DNA of 64,000 bases from Torpedo marmorata (GCA_977017645.1 OZ360228.1:122822001-122886000), one strand, 5' to 3'. Counted from the stretch's first letter, positions 37,681 to 50,485 are shown. The notes: a model not told the origin generated them from the sequence alone. Made by a program: numbers and translations.

Positions 37681-38461
37681 AATCAATTGGAGCCTTCAAA
37701 AGGGAGATGGATGAGCACTTGAGGGAGAATAATTTGCAGTTAAGGCAAAGGAGAAGGGGACTGGGGCTAACAGGATTCAGCACACACATGATAGCTTCCT
37801 TCTGTGCCCTTACCTCTGTTGTATGTGGGGGGGGGGGGGGGGGGGAGCAGCGTTGTGGTTCCCAGCCATTGGTCTAACAAATCCCAGCCACTTTTGCTTG
37901 TCTTGTTGAACAACCTTGTGATCAGTCGGTAAAGTTCACAAGGCACAGTTGATTCCAGTTGTCCACACTACGTGTCTGATGCTCAGGGGCAAAAGAGACA
38001 ACTCAGTCGCTTGTTTATGTGATAAAGGTCGTGGAACCTCAAAAAGCTCCAGTGTGATGCTCTCGTCCAAAAGCTTGCTGCTATTCACACAGGCATTGGA
38101 TGGAACTGGCAGGATTTTATTTTATTCCATTAAGCAGCATCACAAGTTTGCTGTCTGGGACCGGAGCTGGATGGATGAACCTGTTGCTTTATCCACAATG
38201 TGTGTCCTGACTGGTACACCAAGGTCCACGAGTGATCAACAACAAGGACCTACAGAGGAAGGTTTGTACCACAATGTTACCCCCAAGAAGTTTCTGTGAA
38301 CACAATATGTTTCCGCGTTCAATAAATGGAGAAATTGCTCAATGGACAATAGTCATGACATTCAAAAGACTCCTCGACAGGCACATGGATTTAAGGAAAA
38401 TAGAGGGTTGTGGATTTGAGGAAGGGAAAAATTAGATTGTTGTGGAGTGGTGTATGGTCAG

Positions 38462-39483
38462 TCCTAACGGAAAGACCAGAATCTGTCCGTGTTGGTAGCA
38501 GAACGTCGAGCACCGTCACGCTGAGCACTGACGCACCTCAGGGCTATGTACTCAGCCCGCTCCTGTTCACGCTACTGACCCACAACTGCATCGCTGGATC
38601 CAGCTCCAAAAGTGTCATCAAGTTTGCAGATGACACAACAGTTTTTGGCCTCATCAGCAACAACGATCAGTCACACTACAGAGAAGAGGTGTAAAATCTC
38701 GTGAAATGGTGCAAGAGTAACAACCTGAGTCTCAACGTAGACAAGACGAAGGAGATGATCGTGGACCTCAGGAGAACCAGGAATGATCACCTTCCACTAC
38801 ACATCAACAACTCTGTAGTAGAGAGAGTGGAGAGCACCAGGTTCTTTGGAGTTCACTTGACTAGTGACCTATCGTGGACACTCAACATCTCCTCACTTGT
38901 CAGGAAGGCGCAACAGTGATTGCATTGCCCAAGAAGACTGAAGCGGGCAAGGCTACCAGCCATCATTATGTCAAACTTCTACAGGAGCTCTATTGAGAGC
39001 ATCCTGGCCTGCTGCAGAGAAATGGATCGGAGGTCAATCCACAGGACAATAGGAGTGACAGAGAGGATCACTGGAGTCTCCCTCCCCCGCTCCTCCCCCC
39101 CCCCCCCCATCGACATGATCTGAAGAGGGCGCGCAAAATCATCATTGAGGACTCCTTCCACCCCCGCACACAGCATCTTTCAGCTGCTCCCATCGGGAGA
39201 GAGATACAGGAGTATCAGAGCCAGCTCCACCAGGCTGAGGAACAGCTTCTTCCCACGGACACTGAGAATGCTGAACGACCAAAAGAACTGCTCACACTAA
39301 CCATCCGAGACTTTCATATTAACAAAACAATATTTATTTATTTGAATACTTGTCCTGCATAGGTATTGTTTGTCTGTATGTGTGTTATGTCTGGTTGTGC
39401 GTCTGCGTGTTTTGTACCGAGGACCGGAGAACGCTGTTTCGTCAGGTTGTACTGATGCAATCAGATAAACTTGACTTGACTTA
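38462..39483 (+). mobile_element. Rex1/Babar-type LINE fragment inserted in a CR1 tail
   Basis: APQGYVLSPLLF...KFADDTTV...LNVDKTKEMIVD; (cttga)n tail; TSD GGTCAG at 38456-38461 and 39484-39489. Confidence 0.88.
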
Positions 39484-40317
39484 GGTCAGCACAACATTGT
39501 GGGCTGAAGGGTCTGTACTGTGCTGTAATGTTTTGTTCTAATGACTGCAAATAGGCAAATCTTCTTGATGAAATAAGTTACCGAATCTTGCGGAAAATAC
39601 TGATGATGCCTGTTAGTGATGTGCGTGACTCAGTTCACACACAAGCTGGAAAAGGTCAAATGGAAAATCAAACAAGAAAAGCAGATGCTGGAAAATGTAG
39701 GAAACACTCAGCAGGTCAGGCAGCATCGTCTGACCGACCTGCTTGATGGTTCCAGCCTTCGTTCACTGTTTTTGCACTCCATTTTCACATTGGTGGTGGA
39801 GGCAATTAATCATAAGAAACCGTAAGAAAATAGGAAGTGTTAACGGCAGCAGAACAGGAAGACGACAAAATCCACTTATTCAATCCTACACCTTTCAATA
39901 TTTAAACCTACCCTCAACTCTCAAAGCCACAGCCAAGAGAAAGTTGGAGGGTTTGGGTGCCAGTCTTTAATGAGAAACCGCCTACAGTTTCTCTTTAGCT
40001 TGCAATAGTTTAGAGGAAGGGATGGGACAAATGATGATATAATTCTCACCCAAGGTTACATCCTGGCAGTGCAGAGCAGACCATGTGACACTCATCCATT
40101 TGTGTCGACTATTCTCTCTGTCCAGTAGCTGTCACCAATTCCCCAAGACTAAGGCTGCAGAAGGTGCAGGAAATCACCTTCTTTCAACAAATGCCTCCGT
40201 AAAAAATAATTTTCTGTTGTCGTCGGGTCAACTATTATCAGCTGATGATGATTAAGGGATCAAATTGAATGGAGTGACGGCCTGTGGGTGAATTGAGACA
40301 CACCACTTACTAACGAC

Positions 40318-41532
40318 AGGACTACAGTTCGGCATTTAACACCATCATCCCCTCAAAACTGATCAGCAAACTGCAAGGCCTGGGGGTTAACACCCGACTG
40401 TGTAATTGGATCATGGATTTCTTCACCTCCAGACCACAATCAGTGAAAATTGGTAAGAACTTCTTCTCCACAATCTCCATCAGTACCGGAGCACCACAGG
40501 GCTGTGTTCTTAGCCCCCTGCTCTACTCACTTTACACCTACAACTGTGTGGCTCGGTACGAAAATAACCCCATCTACAAATTTGCTGACGATACCACGGT
40601 AGTGGGTTGTATAAAGGAAGGGGATGAGTCAGCATACAGGATGGAGATTGGCTGAATGGTGCACCAACAACAACCTTCACACAATGTCACCAAAACGAAG
40701 GAGCTGATTGTTGACTTCAGGAAAGGAAAGCCAGAGGTATACAATCTAGTGATCATTGGGGGATCAGAGGTGGAGAGGGTGAGCAAATTTAGGTTCTTGG
40801 GAGTCACTATCTCGGAGGATCTTTCCTGGACCCAACACACCAATAGCATCATGAAGAAAGCACGTCAGCGCCTCTACTTCCTCAGGAGTTTGCAGAGGTT
40901 TGGTATGACACCAGACACCCTGGCAAATAAGAAACATAAGAAATTAGGAACAAGAGTAGGCCAACCGGCCCATCGAGCCTGCTCCGCAAATTTCTACAGA
41001 GGTGTGGTGGAAAGTGTGCTGATCGGCTGCATCATGGTCTGGTATGGGAACACCAATACCCCTGAGCTTAAAGCCCTCCAAAAGGTAGTGGACACAGCCC
41101 AGGACATCACTGGGAACGGCTGCCGTCGGAGAGCAGCAGCAATCATCAAAGACCCTCACCACCTAGCACACGCTCTGTTCTCGCTGCTGCCATCAGGAAA
41201 GAGGTACAGGTGCCACAAGACTCGCACCACCAGGTTCAGAAACAGCTGCTACCCCTCCACCTTTAGAATCCTCCACGACAATCAGAGACTCATTTAAGGA
41301 CTCTTACTTGTGCACTTTATTGATCTCCTTTGTTCTCTCTGTATTGCACAGTCAGTTTGTTTACATTCGCTATCTGTTTACAGCTCTTTTATTTGTTTAC
41401 ATGTTTACGATGTGTACAGTTTATTTTTTGCACTACCAATTAGTGGTAATTCTGCCACGCCCGCAGGAAAAAGGAATCTCAGGGTTGTATGTGATGTCAT
41501 GTATGTACTCTGACAATAAATCTGAAATCTGA
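40318..41532 (+). mobile_element. Rex1/Babar-type LINE fragment with RT domain
   Basis: [18 protein letters not shown]...[10 protein letters not shown]...KTKELIVDFRK; AATAAA(tctgaa)n tail. Confidence 0.9.
40929..40985 (-). mobile_element. 57-bp CR1 3' tail insertion
   Basis: Near-identical to 31620-31678; TSD GCAAAT at 40923-40928 and 40986-40991. Confidence 0.85.
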
Positions 41533-41702
41533 GGATTCACTATCTTATTTCACAGAAAAGAAATTGCATTTTTTCAGTCATTATTATTGTCCACAAGCAG
41601 TCTGGCTTATTTACCACAATTAACAGCGTGAGAGTCCACTGTTATCCTAAAAGGGGAATATACTTGACATGGAGTGAGTGTAACAAACATTTAAATTGTT
41701 TA

Positions 41703-41945
41703 AAATTTTTAAATTTAGACATACAGCATGGTAACAGGCCCTTTCAGCCCACGATCTCGTGCCGCCCAAATACACCCAATTAACCTACAAACCCCTGTAC
41801 GATTTGAAGGGTGGAAGGAAACCGGAGCACCCGGAGGTAACACACGCAGACACGGGAAGAATATACAAACAGACAGTGGCGGATTCGAACTTGGGTCGCT
41901 GGAGCTGTAATAGTGTTGCGCTAACCGCTACGCTAACCGTGCCGT
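41703..41945 (-). mobile_element. V-SINE
   Basis: Boxes, V-domain, tail. Confidence 0.85.
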
Positions 41946-42459
41946 CCAGTATAATCAGGTGCCATGGCACAATGTGCAGTCACAACCAGAAGCTGTCCAA
42001 GATCGATTCGATTTATACTGGATCAATTCCAAAATAATTTTATTATATATTGAAAAAGCACAAGCATAACTTCTAAGTAGAAAGTCACTTTTAAAAGGAA
42101 GTGAATAATGTCACTAAACGATATTGAAAGTGGTGAGAATTGGTTTGAATACGCTGCAGAAACACACCCACTAAAAGCTCTGAAAGGAATCCAACAGTGT
42201 CCTTTCTCAAACTTGCTTCCATCCACACAGTTCACTCTATGCGGATGCAAAGTTTCCATCATTTTCCAAGTGGCGTGGAGCTGGTGGGAAAAGGGCAGAG
42301 TCAGAATAACATTCTGTCAAGGAAACCCAGCGGCCACACACGAGATCGCTCAGTCCGTGGGAGTGAATGTCTGGATTTTATAGCCAGGCCATCTTTGAAA
42401 CTGTAAAGCTATTGTTTTGTAACTCACTTTAGTTTTGCAACTGTCTCTCGCACAATTGA

Positions 42460-42625
42460 GAAAGAGGGGGACGGGGAAAGAAGAGAATGAAAGATGGGTT
42501 TGAGGGAGGAAGGGGGAAGGGAAAGGCAGAAAGGAGTGAGATAGGGGAAAAAGGGTGAAGGAGAAGGGGAAGGGAGGTGAAGAGAGGGGGAGAGGAAAGT
42601 GAGGGAGAAGAAAGAGGAGGAGAGT
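42460..42625. repeat. Polypurine low-complexity tract
   Basis: G/A-rich; similar tracts at ~53110-53290 and 53680-53840. Confidence 0.8.
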
Positions 42626-42707
42626 ATATTTTAAACAGGGATAGATAAAATTTGAAAATTTGAGGATCCGGGGATGTGGCACAGAAGACGTGTTTTTAAA
42701 CTTTTTA

Positions 42708-42967
42708 TTTTTATTTTAGACATACAGCACTGTAACAGACCAATTCGGCCCTGTGAGTCTGTGCCGCCCAATTTACACCCCATTAACCTACACCCCGGTA
42801 CGTTTTTGAAGGGTGGGAAGAAACCGGAGCCCCCGGAGAAAACCTACGCAGACACGGGGAGAACGTACAAACTCCTTACAGACAACGCGGGATTCAAACC
42901 CAGGTCCGGTTCCGATCGCTGGCGCTGTAAAGGCGTTGCGCTAACCGCTACGCCAACCGTGCCGCCG
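42708..42967 (-). mobile_element. V-SINE, full length
   Basis: GGCGGCACGGTTGGCGTAGCGG start (box A), V-domain, tail. Confidence 0.9.
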
Positions 42968-43202
42968 TTGTGGCAGCGTGGATCATCAATGATTATAATG
43001 AATGGTGGGGCAGGTTTGAGGGGCTTGGTTGACCACGCCCTGCTCATATTTTCGAGAGAGAGCGAGAGAGATAAAGAACATGCCTACACACGCACACTTC
43101 AAAATCCACCTCAAGCTTATAAAACCAGTCTGCGATTTTCAGCACCACCCATTTCTGGAATATTGGGAAAGAAATGTATTTTTACAGCACATTACATAAC
43201 AA

Positions 43203-43485
43203 GATTCATTTAAGGACTCTTACTTGTGCACTTTATTGATTTTCTTTTTGTTCTCCCTGTATTGCACAGTCAGTTTGTTTACATTCGTTATCTGTTTACA
43301 GTTCTTTGTTTGTTTACATGTTTATGCTGCGTACAGTTTATTTTTACGCTGTGTACAGTTTATGTTTTGCACTACCAATTCGTGGTAATTCTGCCGCGCC
43401 CGCAGGAAAAAGGAATCTCAGGGTTGTATGTGATGTCATGTATGTACTCTGACAATAAATGTGAAATCTGAATCTGAAATCTGAA
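43203..43485 (+). mobile_element. Rex1-type 3' UTR fragment
   Basis: Highly similar to 41288-41532. Confidence 0.85.
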
Positions 43486-44122
43486 AGATTCCTGATGCAC
43501 TGTGCATTTCTAATAACTATAGGAAGTGTAACTGTTAATTTGTGCACAGCAAGTTCCCTCAAAACAGCAGCGGGACACAGACCATATCAGTTGAGGGTAA
43601 ATATTCACCAAGCCACTGGGGCTAATATTTTTGACTTTCCTTTCAAAAGTACCCAAAAAATCGTTAGCATCAGTCCAGGAAAGCAGCAGGAGGCTGTTTG
43701 ACGTCTGATCCGAAAGACCAGACGATAATGATATCGGGGATAGTGAAGAAAAGCCAGCATCCTGCCTCGAGTAACCGCTAAAAGGTGGCTAATGCCCAGA
43801 ATGCAGTTTATTCCAGAGATTTACCCATCATTTGAAAAGCAAGATACACTTTTCCTTTAGAAACCCATGTGCCTCTCCGGTACCTAAGCCTCTCCTCTGT
43901 ATCCACAGCAGGGTAGAAGTAAAAACAGGAAGCCATCACCTCAATCAACATCCTAAATTAATACCTCATCAGATTAGAGTGAGGAACTTCAATTCAATTA
44001 GCAGGATGGGATAGTCACGTGACTGAGTAACCATAACCGTCAGACTGATGTCACATCATAGGCTCATAGAATGGTTAAATTACAAGTGAAATGCACTTTC
44101 TTTATGGTTAGCTGCAACAATT

Positions 44123-44590
44123 AGATTCAAGATCAAGATTCAATTTATTGTCATAGTAATAAGACAGTGTCATATTCCATGAAATTTCTTTTTGCCTGCT
44201 GCAAGGCAGACAGATTCGCCACCGGCAGAAATTGCCTAAGCGCCTCTAACATTCCTTACAGTCAGAGAAAGAGAAGCAAAAGAGAGTCCCCCCAGAGTCA
44301 CCAAGTGTCCATAGATTCGCCTCCAGCACTTCCGCAGTCACACAGAGTCCAGTCCAAACGATCGGCACCCGAGCTCCAGATCCGAACCTCCGACACGGTC
44401 AGGTCGCCCTCGGCACACCCTCGCATCCCGGTTCCGATACCTGGTACTCCTCCAGCCAGTTCGAGCCAGCCTCCAGCAGTCCGCAGCCTGGCGTGAGTCC
44501 CCCGACAGCAGTCTCCAGCAGCCCACAGCCTCCGCGGGTTCCTCGCCTCGAGTCGCCAGCAGCCCGCCGCATGCACTGGTCCTTCAGCCT
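44123..44590 (-). mobile_element. (TTGAATC)n-tailed retroposon, longest copy
   Basis: Nearly identical to 61256-61450 over the shared part. Confidence 0.78.
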
Positions 44591-45066
44591 CAGAGCCACA
44601 TTGGCATTGAGTGATCAAGAAAATCTTTTCATTCGTCAAATGCATAAGAATATGAATAATGCAAGAGGCCGCAAAGTAAAATGGTGTGGGAGCATAATGA
44701 CAATATTCAGCAGATATTCTCCTTACATTCATTTGACCCTCTTGTATTGCTACTCTAACACTACCGGGATTACTAACATTGTTATTATTGCACGACCTGC
44801 TGTTATTATGTCCCCGATTTACGACTGTAATTGGGACCAAAGGATCGGTCGTATCTCGGAATGGACGTAAGTCAGAATTTTGCCCGCGCGCGTGGAGTAC
44901 CGAAGTCTTCAAGCAAACTTTTAAATCAAATCTTTTTTTCATCATAGATTTGACGAAAGCGACTTAAAGCTTCCTGAATTTGTCGATCAACCTTGGTGAA
45001 TCTTTCCACAATCTGGTCCATGCTTACCTTGCTTGTCGGCGTCCCGGGGTCCGTCGGCTGGGCGCG

Positions 45067-45288
45067 GCCATCCTGATTCCTGTGCGCATGCGCGAGTCTT
45101 CGGTTGGCACATGCGTGGTGGGTTCGCGTATTGGAGTTCGGTTGGCGCTTGCGTAAGAGTTAAGCGCCCTAACGATATTGAACTCGCGCCCTTAACTCTC
45201 GCGTATACACCAACCGAACTCCAATACGCAAACCCACCGTGTATGCGCCAACTGAAGACTTGCGCATGCGCACAGGAATCAAGATGGC
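45067..45288. repeat. Long inverted repeat, ~98 bp arms, ~26 bp spacer
   Basis: GCCATC(C/T)TGATTCCTGTGCGCATGCGC...GAGTTAAG on both strands, about 14 mismatches by hand count. Confidence 0.95.
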
Positions 45289-45289
45289 T

Positions 45290-45658
45290 TTCGTTCAGCT
45301 ATACCACTTGAAAAAATTACTTATAATTTACGTAATAAATATCATTTCCTTTTGAAAATATGGAGCCCATATATAAAAACTGTTAGTTTAAGGATTTGAA
45401 GATCTCTGGATATCAGATCTGACTGGTGAACCTATCCTCCACAATAAAATTAGTTTATAGTTGTTCTTTTTTAGATTGACATTCTCCTTACTTTATTTTT
45501 TTCTTTCTTTTTTTCTTTTCTATTTTAGTAGATTAGTAGGGGTGGGAGGGTTAGGTAGGGTGGGGGGGTGAAAATGTATCACATGTATTTTGATAATTTT
45601 GCATTTTATACTATGTATTATGTGATTTAAAAATTTTAAATAAAATATTTTTTTAAAA
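45290..45658 (+). mobile_element. L1-clade 3' end nested in Tigger
   Basis: IPLEKITYNLRNKYHFLLKIWSPYI, G-rich UTR, AATAAA; TSD AAGATGGCT at 45281-45289 and 45659-45667. Confidence 0.85.
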
Positions 45659-46427
45659 AAGATGGCTCTTCATACTTGCAGAACCTTTTACAGCCTCACG
45701 TATTTTCTCTTTGTCCTTTAAAATTGTTGAAACGGTGGAATGAGACAATCTATCGGCAAGGGATAGGTTTTTCCTCTTGCTTGCCATCTTTCTGGCGCGC
45801 CTACAGAAAGGCGACTGCGCGCCGGGCACTATATTGCACTGTATTGCGCATGCGCATACGCGTATTTTAAAAAAAATTTTGTCGTATGTGTGGATGGACG
45901 TAAGTCGAGTAAGTCGGGGAGTACCTGTATGGTTTGACCTGCCTGGATAGCGCGCAGCAATAAACAATTCAGTTCAACTCTAAGTGGGAGAATCAGGGGG
46001 CCACACAGCACAAAATAGGCCATTCAGCCCAACTTATCCTTGGCACTCACTGTCCTAATGCAGGTTCCGTCTCCCTGCCTCATTTTGCTGATGCAACGAT
46101 GTCATCATGATGCTCATGGTCCTGGAGAAACGCTATCTGTGTATATGGTCATGAATGACAAATAAAGGTGACTTGACTTGACTTGATCTGATTACAGCCC
46201 GAGACGTGATCTAAAGGTCATTTTGTGCAGTTTTGACTCTCGGTAAAACAGGAGCATCTCAGCGATTTTAAGGTTGGACATTGTTTTATATCTTCTGTAT
46301 TCCTTCAATGTACTGTATATCCTTTTTTTTCTATATTTGCTCTCTGCAGACATTTTAATGTATTAATATCTCATCAGATTAGAGTAAGGAACTTCAATTT
46401 ATCAGCGGAATTTATTGTCAGGTAATA

Positions 46428-46952
46428 GTATAGAACATAGAACCATAGAACTTTACAGCACGGAAACAGACCACTTCAGCCCTTCTAATCCGTGCCGAAC
46501 CATTGTTTTTTGCCTAGTCCCACTGACCTGCACCCAGTCGATAGCCCTCCATACCTCTCCCATCCATGTACCTGTCCAAATTCCTCTTAAATGTTAAAAT
46601 TGAGCCCGCGTTCACCACTTCAGCTGGAAGCTCGTTCCACACGCCCACCACTCTTTGTGTGAAGAAGTTCCCCCTCATTTTCCCCCTAAAACTTTCCCCT
46701 TTCACTCTTAACCCATGTCCTCTGGTTTGTATCTCACCTACCCTCAGTGGAAAAAGCCTATCTACATTTACTCTGTCTATCCTCCTCATAATTTTAAATA
46801 CCTCCATCAAATCTCCCCTCATTCTTCTACGCTCCAGGGAATAAAGTCCTAACCTGTTTAACCTTTCCCTGTAACTCAGTTCCTGAAGTCCGGGCAACAT
46901 CCTAGTAAATATTCTCTGCTCTCTTTCTATCTTATTGATATCTTTCCTGTAA
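46428..46952 (-). mobile_element. CR1-type 3' fragment
   Basis: YRKDINKIEREQRIFTRMLPG...LGLYSLERRRMRGDLMEVFKI. Confidence 0.9.
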
Positions 46953-47230
46953 TTTAATATTACATGAAATTGCCTTCTGCCTGCTGGAAGGCAGACAAAG
47001 AGAGAAGCAAAAGAGAGTTCCCTCCGTGGATTTGCCTCCAGCGCTCCTGCAGCCTCTGCAGCCATGCACAGTCCTGTTCAATCTATTTGCAACCCGAGCT
47101 CCAAAATCAAACCTCCGACACGATCAGGAAGCCTTTGGCGCCCGAGGACCTTCGGGAGCCCTTCTTCCCCTCAGCACCCTCTCGAATCCCGGCTCCGATA
47201 CCTGGTTCCCATGAGCCAGTCCGCGGCCCT
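46953..47230 (-). mobile_element. (TTGAATC)n-family retroposon fragment abutting CR1
   Basis: catgaaattgccttctgcctgctg...gagaagcaaaagagag shared with other copies. Confidence 0.7.
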
Positions 47231-48758
47231 TGCTGAGTATACGACTGAGTAACCAAAACTGCTGGCAGTGTGGAGCAGATTGAAGCGCTCTTGCACTGAT
47301 TTCTATGGGTCCCGATGCTTTCACTGCGCACAATAGCTCAGGGGGTCACCAATAGGAGGGTCACGGTTAACCAACCATGCCTCCCCGGCTGGGGATGGTG
47401 TGCGTTGCAGGAGAAGGACTCCATCTGGAGTCCCATGTCCTGAAAGTCCTCCCGTACCAGCCACAGCTCCTGTTCCCTTCCCAATCACGCAGAATTCATC
47501 TTCAACATTTGTTGAGGGCAGCTAACAATTTAGATTTCAGACTTATTGGCAACTTCAATTCCCCTTCAACAATTCCCCTTCAAGCGAGGATGTCCCGATT
47601 TTTTATTTTTTGTTTGATGACCTTCATTGGCATTCGGGCAAAACATTGAACACCTCAAAGATGTGCGAAATCTAATTTTTGGGCAACGGGCCAGCAAAGT
47701 GGAAAAACAAAGTGCTGAAAAATAACAGTAGAGCAAGAAGTTGTTGAGTGAGTCGAAGGGAAGTGGGAAGGAAAAGAGAAAGGAGGGAGGGAGAGAAAAA
47801 TATCATCAACAGCTGAGAGCGAGAGAGAGAGAGAGAGAGAGGGGAAGAGAAATAAGAGGGGAAAAAGTGTGAAAAAAGGCAGAAGCTTGTGCAGAAGGAA
47901 GTGCTTTTAAACCGCCCCAATCAGTCAGCATGGTCTGTTACTGGGAGGAATGTTGTGCTTGCTTTGGACTCTGTTCATACAATGTGTTGGCAAAGGCTGC
48001 TTGGAGAACGCACAGCAAAAGTGCCGTCAGAAAAGCTCGCAGTCAGTTCCTTCCATCCGTTTTCTAACATCGCACGTGCCAAGGGAAGCAAGATCAACAC
48101 AAAAAAAAAACCTTTACAGTGCGGGTGTGCCAAGTGTTTATTTATTTTTATATTATAATGAAGTAACATGTGTTCACAAACTGCCTTTCTGATGCAGCCT
48201 CTCCTGACTTATAGAAAGTGTTTATTTAGGCAGCGGTCTTTATATACACAAATGATGACTTTGGATGTCTTCCTAAACTCTAACAGCTACTGCTGACTTC
48301 CTCTTTCTGCGTGGGTTCTTGCTCGCTGATTCTAGATAAAGGCCACGATTAGTGACACTGGAGCAAAACTGAAAGGCGTTCTTTGGAAACACTTCAGTGG
48401 TTCTTGATTCCAATCAAGCGTGGTAGGCTGTTCCTCTGCTAACCAGGATTCTCTTTTAAATGTTCCCCAACTACCTATTATCTACCCGAGTTGCCACTGG
48501 AAGGTGTTCCCACGTGCTGCCTGCAGCTTTGAATTCCACCCGAGCTATCCTTTTGTCGGTGTGGATGGAACTACGGTCCTCCCAATCACAGCGGAGTAAC
48601 AGCAGGCACTAATGGGAAGATGCATGTGGGTTCCGCCTTAATTATGGATGCCACCATTTTGGCGTTTTGAAGATGGACTTGAGGGGGTGGCTGAAATCAG
48701 GAACGCATTGCCGGAGAAAGAGGCAGAGGCAGGTATTCTCGCTTTCAAGGAGTATCTT

Positions 48759-48990
48759 GTGGTTAGCGCAATGCTATTGCAGTGCCAGTGACCCCGGGTT
48801 CGAATCCGGCGCTGTCTCTAAGGAGTCTGTACGTTCTCCCCGTGACATGCGTGGGTTTCCTCCGGGTGCTCCAGTTTCCTCCCACCCTTCAAAAACATTT
48901 TGTAGGTCAATTAGTGGATTTGGGCAGCACGGGCTTGTGGGCCAGAAGGGCCTGTTACCGTGCTGTATGTCTAAATTTAAAAAAAATTAA
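48759..48990 (+). mobile_element. V-SINE
   Basis: GTTCGAATCC box B, V-domain, tail. Confidence 0.85.
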
Positions 48991-49002
48991 ATTACAATCT
49001 AC

Positions 49003-49180
49003 CAGGGGTGGTCAACCTTTTAATTTTTAATTTAGACATACAGCACGGTAACAGGCCATTTCAGCCCATGAGTCCGTGCCGCCCAATTAACCTACAACCC
49101 CCGGTACGTACTCGTGGGCCGAAATGGCCTGTTACCATGCTGTATGTCTAAATTAAAAATTAAAAGGTTAGTCACCCCTG
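49003..49180. mobile_element. hAT-ended palindromic element containing two inverted V-SINE tails
   Basis: CAGGGGTGGTCAACCTTTT...AAAAGGTTAGTCACCCCTG; ~70 bp arms; flanks atctac / atctagac. Confidence 0.75.
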
Positions 49181-50132
49181 ATCTAGACCATAAGACATAG
49201 GAGCAGAATTAGGCCATTTGGCTCATCGAGTCTGTCCCGCCATGCGTGTGAATTGCCCAGGCACAGTAGGTAACAGATCAAGTTCTGGAAAATGGGATTA
49301 GCATGGATTGTTCCTTGACGGTCGCATGCTTGGACCGTTACATGGATAGGACGAGTTTCGAAGGATGTGGGCCAAATGTAGGCAAATGGGACTAGCCCAG
49401 AATGCTAACTTGGTGGGTATGGACAAGTTGGGCCGAAGAGCCTGTTCTGTGCAGCGCGACTCTGACTCTATCTGGCCTGAAGAGATGATTTCTGTGCTGT
49501 GTGCCTCTACGGCTTGGTTTGTTGTGACAGCTTTGCTGCATTTATCCATTTGCTGGAGAGAGGACTCAGGAAATTCTTAAAAGACTCAAGAGATGTAAAC
49601 TTCTAGCCTGAGAAACCTCTCCTTCACACTCTGGCTTCACATTAAGAATGAAGCACGACTTAAAACACCTTTAAGTAACAGATCTGAGGCTTACTGTCAC
49701 TTTAACATTTAAAAGCAAGGGAGCTTATTTTGTTGTTGCCTAAAATGGAATGGATCCAAGGAATTCTTGGCACTGTTAATAAACTTGTACACTGCAACAA
49801 AACTCCTGGGATTAGGTGCAAGGCCTTTACAAATTTACAATTTAAAAGTGGCTCTTGAAAGATGTTCATTACTCTGTGATAGATGCTGTAAACGCCATTA
49901 CCGAATCTGCATGTCTTTAAAATAAAAAGGGACTGAAGTGGCCAATCATATCTAGTGAGAAACTTTCTAACTAAACATTTGAAATAAACACAAAGCTCCG
50001 TGATCGAAGAGTGGGTAACAGACCTCCTAACCAATTTAGCAATCCTCATGTGATCTCCCTTAACATGAATCTTTCTACTTACTCCCCAAAATGCAACACC
50101 TTGTATATTCTTGTTTTTAGAAATACAGCACT

Positions 50133-50455
50133 GTATTCGAATCCGGCGCTGTCTGTAAGGAGATTGTACGTTCTCCCCGTGTCTGTGTGGGTTTTCTCCG
50201 GGGGCTCCGGTTTCCTCCCACCGTTCAAAAACGTACCAGGGGTGTAGGTTAATTGGGGGTATATTGGGAGTAAATTGGGCGGCACGGACTCGAGGGCCGA
50301 AATGGTCTGTTACCGTGCTGTATGTCTAAATAAAAAAAATAATAAAGCACGGTAACAGGCCCTTCCAGCCCACGAGTCTGTGCTACCCAATTGACCTACA
50401 AACCCTGCATGTTTTTGGAGGGAAGGAGGAAACAGGTGCACCAGGAGGAAACATT
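50133..50455. mobile_element. Tail-to-tail V-SINE pair (+ then -)
   Basis: + copy 50133-50340; - tail fragment 50347-50455. Confidence 0.75.
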
Positions 50456-50485
50456 CATTTCAAAGATGCACGGGGTCACATAGAA

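Larger units (their letters stand above)
44810..45927 (-). mobile_element. Internally deleted Tigger/pogo DNA transposon
   Basis: 5' TIR TA|CAGGTACTCCCCGACTTAC at 45927, degenerate TIR GTCCCCGATTTACG at 44810. N-terminal HTH remnant MASKRKNLSLAD...LSHSTVSTILKDKEKIREAVKGS; C-terminal remnant ERFTKVDRQIQEALSRFRQIYDEKK (~44930-45020). Confidence 0.85.
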
